Assembly (NCBI GenBank): GCA_965226885.1
Contig: CBDDEL010000016.1
Span: 480,001-544,000, forward strand
Length of the DNA stretch: 64,000 nucleotides
Origin: Opitutales bacterium
GTDB lineage: Bacteria; Verrucomicrobiota; Verrucomicrobiia; Opitutales; UBA2987
Direction of reading: 5' to 3'
Shown here: positions 52,498 to 62,284 of the stretch, one piece after another
How the letters are laid out: each line of letters starts with the position of its first letter
Position numbering within the stretch: position 1 is the first letter of the stretch
Program-made: the position numbers and the translations under genes
The notes under the pieces: model-generated
Told to the model about the DNA's origin: nothing
The model's database searches: none
What the model saw: only the letters and a program-made list of their open reading frames with translations

Positions 52498-53834
52498 TTA
52501 TGGGCGATCATCATCATAATATTGGAGCAGTCCTTCCACAATTCCGTCGGCATATTCGCGGACAAGGCTTTTGCGCCGCGCTCCGGCCACTTCCCGCCAT
52601 CCTTCGTAATCTCCGGCCTGCACTCGCTCGGCAACTTCCCGGCTGTTGAGGACATAAGGCTCAAGATAGATCACCGGGCACTGGTATAGGCGATTGGCCA
52701 TAAGGTTGCGAGCCCATAAATAAGGACTGCCTCCAACCCTCCAACCTTCACCGCATTGGGCGTTGTGTAGGTATAAGGTGGAAGTCCGTTGGCCGCCACC
52801 ATGGGTAATATCAAGGCCTCCCCCAAAGCAATTTCTTCCCGGGCCGTACCGGAAAGGAGCTTTATCAGCATTTCGAACCGAACATCGTCATAGGATAATT
52901 CCTCCCGGCTGTAAGCGCCGTTGACCAAAATGTGAAAGTGATTTTCACGAGTATAGATTCCTTTTTCTCCATTAATCCAGGAAGAGGCATTAAAATGCAA
53001 AGCCAGAACGAGATCGGGTTTGAGCTGACGATTTATTTTTTCCGCCCGAGTTCGGATTTCACTGACCCGGTAGAAGAGTAATTCACTCAGTTTCTTGATT
53101 TCCCGCGGTTGTATTTGGGCATCGGCATCAGCCCGGTATTGTCTCTTTCCGCTTAATTTTTTATAGGCAGCCGGAATCAAGCTTTTAACGGTCTCTTCGG
53201 TCGCAGGTTTCGCCTCACCACGGGTCAGCCACACCTTTGCCCCCAACGAAACGAGTTTTTGTCGCAGATGCAGGGCCACCTTCAAGGTCATATCGCCTTC
53301 CTGGATCGGGCCACTCCCTTCAAAATTAAAAGACCGCTCCTCCATCGGCCCGTAGGCTCCTCCAATATGACCGGGGTCGAGGACGATGCGCAATCCGGCC
53401 AATGGGCTGCCCTTTGCCACCGGCGGCATGGCCTCCATCGGCCTCCAATAGCGCGGTGGCGCCTCAACCGGCTGTTGGGAGGCGTAGTCGGCAAACCGCA
53501 AAATAAAATCCTCCCCCTCTTCCTCCGCCCGGAGACGGATTCGCGCCTGATGGTTTTCAAGGCGAATCCATGGCTCATAGGAATTTCCCGGAGCATAAAC
53601 CTCGTCGAGCAATTTTAAAAACCGTTCCGCAGTTATGGTATTTTGAAATTGTTCAAGCTGCGCCCATGGGGGCGGCTGGCCCAGAGAAGTCAGTTTAGCT
53701 TGCAGCCAGGTGGGGTATACCAGTGCGGCGGCAAATATTACACCGATTGACGGAATATTCCACCCGGCCGCCCATTGGTCCAAAAGCGGTCTTTGGCACT
53801 GCCGCCAGACCATCGTTCGAAGCACTAGCGCCAA
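52498..53834 (-). pseudogene. N-acetylmuramoyl-L-alanine amidase (Amidase_3), frameshifted by an 8-bp duplication
   Basis: VLDPGHIGG, EGD, ALHFNA. Removing one CTCCAACC (52731-52746) restores VKVGGSPYLWARNLMANRLYQCPVIYLEPY including the catalytic Glu region. Confidence 0.9.
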
Positions 53835-53843
53835 CCCCGGTCT

Positions 53844-54290
53844 CTATTCTACCGTAATGCGGATTTTTTTCGATACCACGGGAGTATCGTGGGGTATGTG
53901 CAGGTGGTTTCCCAAAAGCAGTTGCAAGGTATGTTTGCCGGGAGCCAGCTCAACGGTCGTTTCAGTTTGCCCTCCCCCAAAATGAACATGGTTTTCATCC
54001 GCCGGAATAGGCAGGCTAACATCCGGCAATCCATCCACATTGATGAGCAGATGATGGTGCCCGGTGCCCGGTTTTTCCACGCCGGCCGGCGCAATGCCCA
54101 TGCCCTTCAATCCAAATCGCACTGTCAACGGGCTTGTCACGACTTGTCCCTCAGTAGGCATGATGATGTAAACACCATCCCCCTCGGGATAAACCGGTGC
54201 TGTTTCAACCGCTGGTTTTGGAGAACAACCGGAGAAGGCCAAGGCAAGCAAAGACAGCAATATAATTGGGAAATGGGTTTTACTCATCAT
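53844..54290 (-). CDS. DUF4399-family lipoprotein
   Basis: Lipobox FSGC, GTGHHHLLI, HFGGGQTE and LAPGKHTLQL. Confidence 0.88.
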   Translation of the reverse strand: MMSKTHFPIILLSLLALAFSGCSPKPAVETAPVYPEGDGVYIIMPTEGQVVTSPLTVRFGLKGMGIAPAGVEKPGTGHHHLLINVDGLPDVSLPIPADENHVHFGGGQTETTVELAPGKHTLQLLLGNHLHIPHDTPVVSKKIRITVE

Positions 54291-54535
54291 GATTCCTTAT
54301 TTTTTGAGAAATGTTAATCGGTCCAACTAGCCAATACGTGGATCTCCATCATTGGCTCATATGACTAACAGGGGAAACGGATTACAAAAGATAGAGGGCG
54401 AATACGGCAAGCCTATTCCAGGTTGAAGAAAAAAGAAATACATGGTGTTTTGATTCCTTAAACACGGTCTGTTCGTTTGAAGACTAGGGACGTTCGAGTT
54501 TGGACCTTTCTTAAACTCAATAAAAAATTTTCGGA

Positions 54536-56995
54536 TTATCGATCGACATCGGCAAATTGCATGGCGTAAAGCTTTGATCCGCGCATCCGAAAAACAATTT
54601 GTACCGTTTTTCCCTGCAAGCTTGAGACGTCGGTTCCTGATGACAGCCATTCCACTTCGGTTTCGATAAAATCACCGTTGATGTAGAGACAATCGTCCAA
54701 TGAAAATCCTTCCACCGGTAAACCATTTTTATCCAAAAAACCGATTTGGGCATAGCCCGCGGCTTCGGTGTCGATATTGAGAACGAGCCGGTTTCCCTCG
54801 AACGTCAATGGCCGCGTCGTCATGTAAGCCTCTTTGTCATAAGGGGAATCCGCCGAGACGAATCCGTCCAAACGCTGCACCAAACGATAAACGGCGCTCT
54901 GCTCGTGACCCTTGCGGTAGGTGGAGTGATAAACCTCCTCGCCATAGTAATACTGCCAGATTTCGTCTCCTCGCCTGACCATACCGTGGGCGGTGTAGGC
55001 TTGGTGGACATCGCGTCCTTCGTGCAGCCCTATGCCGACATAAGCCGGCCGCGAGTGGCGCTGCCAGTTCACCCCGTCGCGACTGATCGAAAGCTGAGTC
55101 TCTATGGGACCGGAACCACGACTACGCTCCGGGTCCATGAGCGCCTGGCGGCCCTTCCGTCCATCCAATTCGTAATGAAAATAGACGATGGGGAACGCCA
55201 GATAAGTATCGGGCGCCCAGGGATACTTCGTTGCCTTGGTGACATAGATATCGACACCCACGGGATCGACGCCGTCCTCGGGGGCGAAGGCATGCGGAAA
55301 TTCCAGGCCGATACCTCCCAGAGTCAGCGGGCCATTGTCCAGATACCACGGCATGGGGTCGCGAATACGACCAGTTGCCTCGGCCGCTTCTCGTGTTTCT
55401 TCCTGAGTTACGGGCTGAAAAGGCCACGGAGTATAGAGGTCTTTTGTTTCGGTCAAAACGGATTCCCGCTGGGTGGCTCCGGCTATGGTTTTATTGATTC
55501 CAGTGCGATGATACCCGACATATAGCTGGCGTTGGTCATCGTAAAAAGTGCACGATTGGGTGCCCGAGCGAAAAGGCAGAACGGATGTCCGGTTCCGCCG
55601 CCAGGAATACCCATCGGGGGATTCATAAACGAAAATGCCCCGCCGATGATAACCGCTGATATATTTCCAGCGCGATTCCGGTGGCCCGTTGGGATCGATA
55701 AATGGATTCCCCAAACCGCCCACCATTTCATGCAGAACGATATTCCTGTGGCCCTTGTATTCGCCATTTCCTATATCCGGGATGGTCCAGTTGATGCCAT
55801 CGCGGGAAGTTCGCACGGCCAGATAATCATCCGCCACGGAATTGTAGAGACGCAAGAGACCATCCTCATCCTCAACAAGGGTGAGGTGCTTACGAAAAGG
55901 TCCCTTGATGCCTTCGATGACTCTTTCGGCCAGGCGCGGGGGGTTCACCTGAAAGTGGATACCTTCCATTTTCTCGACCAGGGCGTCGTCGATAAATAGG
56001 TGTTTTCTTCCACCTAAAGGAAGGACATTCCGGGTTGATTCACCATTCGGAAAAAGAAGCGGGGGACCGGCCACTAACGAAATTTCCCGGCCGCTTTTTT
56101 GGACGATGGGGGAAAAGCTGGATGGTGGCTTGAAGTCGCCCTGATAAACCCGCCCCAGAGAAAATTTCAGCTCATCCAATCGACCCGGCAAGGGGTTGCC
56201 CCATGTGCCGTTGCGACCGACCGAAAAGTAGTCTTCGTCGCCAAAATCTAGGGACTGAAAAGCCGCTTTTCGGGGAAGGGTTTGCAAGATGCCATCGACA
56301 TAGTGCCGCAACTGGTTTTCTTCCGCATCGTAAACAAAAGCCAGATGACGCCATTTCCGGGAACCAAGGCGAATGGCCGATCTATCAGACGGAATGGCCA
56401 GGCTGATACCGCTCGGTTCATTGTGTAATACAAATCCATCCAGGTTTTTATTGGTTGCCAGACGGGTGACTTTTTCATTTTCACCGCGGGGACCTTGGCC
56501 GATTTCAAAAACCACTCCTTCCGCGTCAGCCTTTCGAGTGGGCCAATACCAGAACTCAACCGTCCAGTCATAAGCCCCCAGATTGAGCCGGGTGCGCGTT
56601 GCCTGGGCAAATCCCGCCTGTTTTCGCAAATGGGTTTCCCCACTCGTCATCAAACCGCAAAAATTGGCGTTCATCCACGACATCGGCTCGACGGTGCGTC
56701 CCTCCGGCGTTTCCCGCTGGGTCAACCCAAACCATTCCTCCCCCTCCGGATATTCAATGGAAGGCTGGGCAACAGGTTCCAGGGCATGGCCGAACTTGCC
56801 CTCAACGATCTGCCCACCCGGCCCGATCACCATAGGATAATCATTGTCCGACTCATCGCTAAGGACACAGCTTGGATAAATCCCAATCTGTTCATCGAAC
56901 AGCCAAAGGGCGATGGTGCTATTTTCCACCGCCCAAACCAAGTTCATACAGCAAACCGACAGGGAAATTATTAACAAGGAGTTCCAGTTTTTCAT
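54536..56995 (-). CDS. Secreted LamG/ConA-like plus beta-propeller glycosidase-like protein
   Basis: Signal peptide, ALWLFDE, WTVEFW, WRHLA...YVDG...LDE (LamG). HLFIDD, SRDGINW/SPDGYSW Asp-boxes, RLDGFVS and KLYAMQF. Confidence 0.75.
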   Translation of the reverse strand: MKNWNSLLIISLSVCCMNLVWAVENSTIALWLFDEQIGIYPSCVLSDESDNDYPMVIGPGGQIVEGKFGHALEPVAQPSIEYPEGEEWFGLTQRETPEGRTVEPMSWMNANFCGLMTSGETHLRKQAGFAQATRTRLNLGAYDWTVEFWYWPTRKADAEGVVFEIGQGPRGENEKVTRLATNKNLDGFVLHNEPSGISLAIPSDRSAIRLGSRKWRHLAFVYDAEENQLRHYVDGILQTLPRKAAFQSLDFGDEDYFSVGRNGTWGNPLPGRLDELKFSLGRVYQGDFKPPSSFSPIVQKSGREISLVAGPPLLFPNGESTRNVLPLGGRKHLFIDDALVEKMEGIHFQVNPPRLAERVIEGIKGPFRKHLTLVEDEDGLLRLYNSVADDYLAVRTSRDGINWTIPDIGNGEYKGHRNIVLHEMVGGLGNPFIDPNGPPESRWKYISGYHRRGIFVYESPDGYSWRRNRTSVLPFRSGTQSCTFYDDQRQLYVGYHRTGINKTIAGATQRESVLTETKDLYTPWPFQPVTQEETREAAEATGRIRDPMPWYLDNGPLTLGGIGLEFPHAFAPEDGVDPVGVDIYVTKATKYPWAPDTYLAFPIVYFHYELDGRKGRQALMDPERSRGSGPIETQLSISRDGVNWQRHSRPAYVGIGLHEGRDVHQAYTAHGMVRRGDEIWQYYYGEEVYHSTYRKGHEQSAVYRLVQRLDGFVSADSPYDKEAYMTTRPLTFEGNRLVLNIDTEAAGYAQIGFLDKNGLPVEGFSLDDCLYINGDFIETEVEWLSSGTDVSSLQGKTVQIVFRMRGSKLYAMQFADVDR

Positions 56996-57127
56996 TATTC
57001 GCGGTTATTAGCGTTCATTCGCGGTTAAATAAATTCTATCTACCTACTATAATTATATAACATAGCATTTGGATTTAAATCGGTTTTTCATAATAGTGAA
57101 CATCAGAACACATTATATATAGTAAAT

Positions 57128-58439
57128 CACTAGTGTCTAGTTAAGCGGCCAGTCTAAAGTCGTATTTCGTTGATGATGTGTTTGTTGAGTAGCCACATGG
57201 ATGTGACGCATTTGAAGTTAGCTGGCGCTTTCCGCACCCTTTTTGAGACTGGGCAGCATGAACGAAGGCCGCCTTGCATTCACGCAGGCGATGGATTTGC
57301 TCCATCGCGAACAGTTCGAACGCTGCGTTAGTCTTTATCCCATGCCAAGAACCAGTCGTAGTTTCAGTGCCCGTGATCAGTTCTTGAGCATGGCCTTTGC
57401 GCAAATGACATTCCGTGAGAGTTTGCGTGACATCGAGGCGTGTCTGCGGGGAAGTCCTCACTTGTATGCGATGGGAATCCGGGGCAATGTGACACGCACG
57501 AACTTGGCCTACGCCAACGAGCATCGCAACTGGCGCCTTTACGAAGCATTGGCTCAAGTGCTCATCGCCAAGGCGCGCCGTTTGTATGCCCAAGACGCGA
57601 TTGGATTGAATGTAGACGAGATGGTTTATGCCCTGGATGCCTCGACCATAGACCTGTGCCTGTCGTTGTTTTCGTGGGCAACATTTCGCCGCACCAAGGC
57701 GGCCATCAAACTGCATACGATGATGGACTTGCGTGGCTCCATCCCTATATTCATCAGTATTACAGACGCAAGCGTGCATGACGTGAACATCCTTGATGAA
57801 CTGGCTTTTGAACCCGCAAGCATTTACGTAATGGATCGTGGTTACGTCGATTTTCAGCGGCTCTTTCGCATCCATTTGGCTGCTGCCTTCTTCGTCACCC
57901 GCGCCAAAAGCAATATGAGTTTTTACGTTAGTGCTTCCCAACCCGTGGACCGATCCAGCGGAATCAGTTGCGACCAGATCATCGGATTGAAAGTCGCCAA
58001 AAGCAAAAGCCAATACCCCGGCAAGCTCCGGCGCATTCGCTACCGCGATGGCGCAACTGGCCAGAGGCTGGTCTTCCTCACCAACAACTTCACCTTGCCC
58101 GCCTTGACTATCGCGGCCATTTACAAAAGCCGCTGGCGCATTGAGCTGTTCTTTAAGTGGATCAAGCAAAACCTCCGCATCAAGGCTTTCTACGGCACCA
58201 CCGAAAACGCCGTGAAGACCCAAATTTGGGTAGCCATATGCGTTTATCTCATGGTCGCCTGTTTGAAAAAAGTGCATGGAGTCACTGAAAGTCTGAGTCG
58301 GATTCTGCAAGTTTTGAGTGTGAACGTCTTTCAAAAAGATCCTGTATATCAACTACTTGCAAAGTTCGAAACAAGAAAGCCAAACTTAGCATTACACAAC
58401 CAGTTGATGCTCAAGGGCTTTTAACTGGACACACTAGTG
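57128..58439 (+). mobile_element. IS4-family element, transposase 57258-58424
   Basis: TIRs CACTAGTGTCTAGTTAA and CACTAGTGTGTCCAGTTAA, 9-bp TSD ATAGTAAAT, ESLRDIE, LDASTI, MDRGY and YKSRWRIELFFKWIKQ (YREK). Confidence 0.96.
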
Positions 58440-58705
58440 ATAGTAAATAGTAAATCGCAAGCTTTTTTTTCACAAATATCGAAATTAATAATTCCTGTTA
58501 ACACTCCTTGGTCTTCAATAGTTTAGAAAAATTTTCATCATTTTCCTGCCCAGTTTGCACAAAGTGTTCAACTTTCCAGCCTTCCCGGTTGACGTAAAAT
58601 AGTCTAATTCCCCTTTTTTTCTATCTGCGTTTATCTGTACCATCTGAGGTTAAAAAAAAACATCGGTGTTCGGATTCGAAACATGTTGATATTAAGAGAA
58701 TAAAT

Positions 58706-60112
58706 TCAATTGTTTACCGTCATTTCCTGAGCGCCCACTTCTTTTCGCCATTTTTTCAACTTTTCAAACATGCGATTGGCCAGATCGGGCATATCCGCGG
58801 CCAGATTGTGGCGTTCGCCGAGATCCGATTCCAGGTCGAATAATTCCAGGGCGCCGTCTTCCCCTGTTTTCGATTGTTCGAACCATTCGATCAATTTATA
58901 CTTGCCCTCCCGTATGGCGCCCGCTGGGGCAATGCCTTGGTGATGATAGTGAGGGTAATGAAAATAAACCGCCTCCCTTTGCAATTTTCCGGTTTGTTTT
59001 AATACAGGAAGAATACTTTCACCGTCGATGTCGGGGTAATTTTCAATGATTCCGACCAATTCATTGAAGGTCGGGAAAAAGTCGTTGCTGATAACGATCT
59101 CATTGCTAACGCTTCCGGGCTCAATGACGCCGGGCCAACTGGCAATCAGCGGCGTCCTGATGCCTCCTTCGTAAAGATCGGACTTGCTGCCCCGCAGAGG
59201 AAATTCGTCTTTGGGTCCCAAGTGCCCATTATCCGAGAAAAAAATGACCAGGGTATTGTCCAGTAACTCCAGGTCCTCCAGTTTTTGCATGACCTCACCC
59301 ACGCTCTTGTCCAGGGTTTCCAACATAGCCGCCTGCACGGGGTTGTCATGACCGTATTCCTCCAGATCGGCATCGGGTTTTGCCGCGTATTTATCAATCA
59401 ATTCCTTTTTCTCAATCTGTGGCCGATGGATGGAATTATGGGTTATATAACAGAAAAAAGGTTTATCTCTATTGGCCTCGATGAATTGCAGGGAGCGTTC
59501 GGTGATCTCCCTTACATGATGGGCGTCGTTTTCGTATTTACTCTCTCTTCCCGCCCCCGGTTTATGGGTGGTCAGTACATCATCGAACCCATGCGATTGT
59601 GGATCTCCCGGCCTTCCGGGGCTATAATTCTTGTCCACGTTAAGATGCCATTTTCCGAAATGACCGGATACATAACCGGCTTTTTTCAAGGATTCCGGGA
59701 TGGTCGTTGTATCAAGGGGAAGACTTTTGGCCCAATCCGGAGTTTTCAGTTTTTCACTCAGGTCGTTGCCGGGAATGTAATCGGTTATGTGGAGCCGGGT
59801 CGGATACTGGCCGGTCATAATACTGGCCCGAGTCGGAGAACAGATCGGACTGGCCGCATAAGCCTCTGTAAACCGCATCCCCCGGCTGGCCAGCCGGTCG
59901 ATGTTGGGTGACTCGTAATACGTGCTTCCATAACTCCCTAATTGATGCCAGCCGAGGTCATCGGCCAAAATCAAAACAATGTTGGGCTTTCTATGATTAA
60001 CTAAGTGATGAGCCCCCTTCAGAGATTGGGCTGCCGGAGGAATCATCCCCAAAAAGGTGAGAGCCGCCGTTCCCAGGCCCAAATCCTTTAAAAAGGTTCT
60101 GCGGTCTGTCAT
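58706..60112 (-). CDS. Tat-exported S1-family sulfatase
   Basis: DRRTFLK, PNIVLILADDLG, CSPTRAS (formylglycine motif), GKWHL, SDNG and YEGGIR. Confidence 0.95.
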   Translation of the reverse strand: MTDRRTFLKDLGLGTAALTFLGMIPPAAQSLKGAHHLVNHRKPNIVLILADDLGWHQLGSYGSTYYESPNIDRLASRGMRFTEAYAASPICSPTRASIMTGQYPTRLHITDYIPGNDLSEKLKTPDWAKSLPLDTTTIPESLKKAGYVSGHFGKWHLNVDKNYSPGRPGDPQSHGFDDVLTTHKPGAGRESKYENDAHHVREITERSLQFIEANRDKPFFCYITHNSIHRPQIEKKELIDKYAAKPDADLEEYGHDNPVQAAMLETLDKSVGEVMQKLEDLELLDNTLVIFFSDNGHLGPKDEFPLRGSKSDLYEGGIRTPLIASWPGVIEPGSVSNEIVISNDFFPTFNELVGIIENYPDIDGESILPVLKQTGKLQREAVYFHYPHYHHQGIAPAGAIREGKYKLIEWFEQSKTGEDGALELFDLESDLGERHNLAADMPDLANRMFEKLKKWRKEVGAQEMTVNN

Positions 60113-60166
60113 TTTCTGTTGCCGTTCATTTAAAGATTCCAGGCACATAATTTATTATTTCAATTA

Positions 60167-62134
60167 CTAACTTGAGGTTTGCACATCGTCGACCCGAAAC
60201 ACGCTCAAGGGAACCTTAACTTCCGATCCGGGCATGTCCTCTTCATCCAGGCCCGGATTGCCGGGATTTCCATCGAGGTAAAGCCTGGGCACATAGCCCC
60301 TCCAGGAACCGGTCCGAAATACGATCCTCTCCAAAGTTTCGACCGGGTAGGCAAATGCCACATTTTCCCTCAGCCACTCGCCATCGAGGGACAAATCATA
60401 GGCCTGCTTTTGGCAATCGAATCTGATTTTTATCTCATACCATTGGCCGGGACGAATGGGCAATGGGCGAGGGTTTTGTTTGTTCAGATCAAGGGAGAGC
60501 CAATCGGGATCGATTCGCAAGCGCAAGGGCCGTTCATTGTAGCGGTCCTGCAATTCTATCTCGAATATGTTGTGCCCAATTTTTTCCGCTTGAACGCGAA
60601 ACTGGACAACACCTTTTTCACTTTCCGGAAAGGCGCGTTCGGCCAGGGCGTAGTCGTAAGGATCTTCGTCCCGGAACTCAAGGTAGCTGCGCGAATCGCC
60701 CTCCCCCGAGGATGCGATTGAAATTGGAGCCCATTGGGGCACATGCAAGTTCCAGTATTCCAGGTCGGAAACTTGATTCATAGAATCGAAATTCTGCTCG
60801 ATAGGCTCATTAACGGTTCCTTTAACAGGCAATCTCGTGCGGGTTACCCAGATGTCCTCTTTGTTCATGCTGAATGTGTTCCACATGTGTTCACCGGGCG
60901 GATTGCCATTGCCCTCAGCAATACCGCGTATGTATTGAGGGCCGCGGTTTTTATGGATTCCCTGGTAGCGCATGGGGGGCACTTCGCTTTGCAAGCTCAA
61001 CATATTGTCGAATTCATGACCATCGTCACCAGTCATAATGACCATTGGGTAACGATTCCGCCGACTGGCCGAATGGTTGTAAACCAACGCATAGCGACGG
61101 TCATCTGTCATCTGTCCCCATACCTTGGCTCCACAGGTCATCAAGGTTTTGGAGAGTGCGAACGGAGTCCAGGTCTGTCCCTCATCCTCGCTCAGTGCAC
61201 TCCACTGTCTTTTCCATAAACCAACAACCACTCCATCCGGCCGGTGGTAATAGCTCAGGGCCTTGGGCGGAGATTCCTCATCATAAGATTTAATCGTAAA
61301 AAATCCATCCTTGGCCCGGTCTTCTTCCCACCATTGCAAGGTTTTCAGTTTATCCTTGAGCAATGCCTCGCATGCTTCCACGAATTCGCGGTCTTCGCTC
61401 TCTTTGAAAAATGGATAATCGGTATTGCTTTCATTCCAGCCCGCGTGGCTATTGTAGCGAATGAAATAAATGGGGCCTGAACTGCCGTCCTCATAAATTT
61501 CCCTCACTACCCGTCCGAGGCCTCTGCCCGTATTGGGGCTGTCTCTCGGCGTCTGGCAATAGCTGTAAAAGGCGAGGGTCAACAATTTGCCGTTGGGGGC
61601 GGTGTAAAACCCCATCCTCTGGTGCATCACCGATGTCATCCCCTCGGGAACATCGCCCCTCTCGTCTTCAATTGCAGGGAGCGTATAAACCGGGAAAATG
61701 ACTTCCGGTCGAGACCAGTGAAAACCGTCTTCTGAAGTCATCAGGAGCGTCCGGCCCGGCGGATTATGCTCTTCTTTCAAGTTGCTCAAATATTGGTGGT
61801 AAAAACGACCGTTCCAGTAAGCGAGGTAAGGTTGGTGATTATAGGTCCAGCCTGCATCGCTGCCTATTTCCGGCGGTTGGGAACGATTAGCCCGAAAGGC
61901 CTGATACTTATGCACTCCCACGGCCGAACGCACCTTTCCATGGTAAAAACGTTTATCTGTCTGCTGGGATCCCACATATTTGACCGGTTCCGCTTTGGAG
62001 TTTTCTAGAGACGGCGGTTTGTGGGTACCAGCCAGAAGTTCATCTGCCAGAATCAGAATAATGATAAAGAAAACACTCCATTTGAGAATAATAATTGGCG
62101 GGTTTTCAGCCATGTGATAGATTCTTTTACACAT
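60167..62134 (-). CDS. Secreted beta-propeller glycoside hydrolase, resembling the BT1020 N-terminal (GH143) domain
   Basis: RANR...GWTYNH.P.LAYWNGRFY..YLS, SEDG..W Asp-boxes, MHQRMGFY, GPQYIRGI and SMNKEDIW. Family call is from recall; start uncertain. Confidence 0.65.
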   Translation of the reverse strand: MCKRIYHMAENPPIIILKWSVFFIIILILADELLAGTHKPPSLENSKAEPVKYVGSQQTDKRFYHGKVRSAVGVHKYQAFRANRSQPPEIGSDAGWTYNHQPYLAYWNGRFYHQYLSNLKEEHNPPGRTLLMTSEDGFHWSRPEVIFPVYTLPAIEDERGDVPEGMTSVMHQRMGFYTAPNGKLLTLAFYSYCQTPRDSPNTGRGLGRVVREIYEDGSSGPIYFIRYNSHAGWNESNTDYPFFKESEDREFVEACEALLKDKLKTLQWWEEDRAKDGFFTIKSYDEESPPKALSYYHRPDGVVVGLWKRQWSALSEDEGQTWTPFALSKTLMTCGAKVWGQMTDDRRYALVYNHSASRRNRYPMVIMTGDDGHEFDNMLSLQSEVPPMRYQGIHKNRGPQYIRGIAEGNGNPPGEHMWNTFSMNKEDIWVTRTRLPVKGTVNEPIEQNFDSMNQVSDLEYWNLHVPQWAPISIASSGEGDSRSYLEFRDEDPYDYALAERAFPESEKGVVQFRVQAEKIGHNIFEIELQDRYNERPLRLRIDPDWLSLDLNKQNPRPLPIRPGQWYEIKIRFDCQKQAYDLSLDGEWLRENVAFAYPVETLERIVFRTGSWRGYVPRLYLDGNPGNPGLDEEDMPGSEVKVPLSVFRVDDVQTSS

Positions 62135-62284
62135 AAAATTTTTCTCAAGTTGAAATGGATCGCATGGTTTTACAGTCAAGGTACACTTTATTATTGAACC
62201 TTACAATATTTGTATTGAATGCAATGATTCTGAAAGCTATTTTGTCAACAATATTTACCTGAAATGCCGTAATTGTTTAAATAA

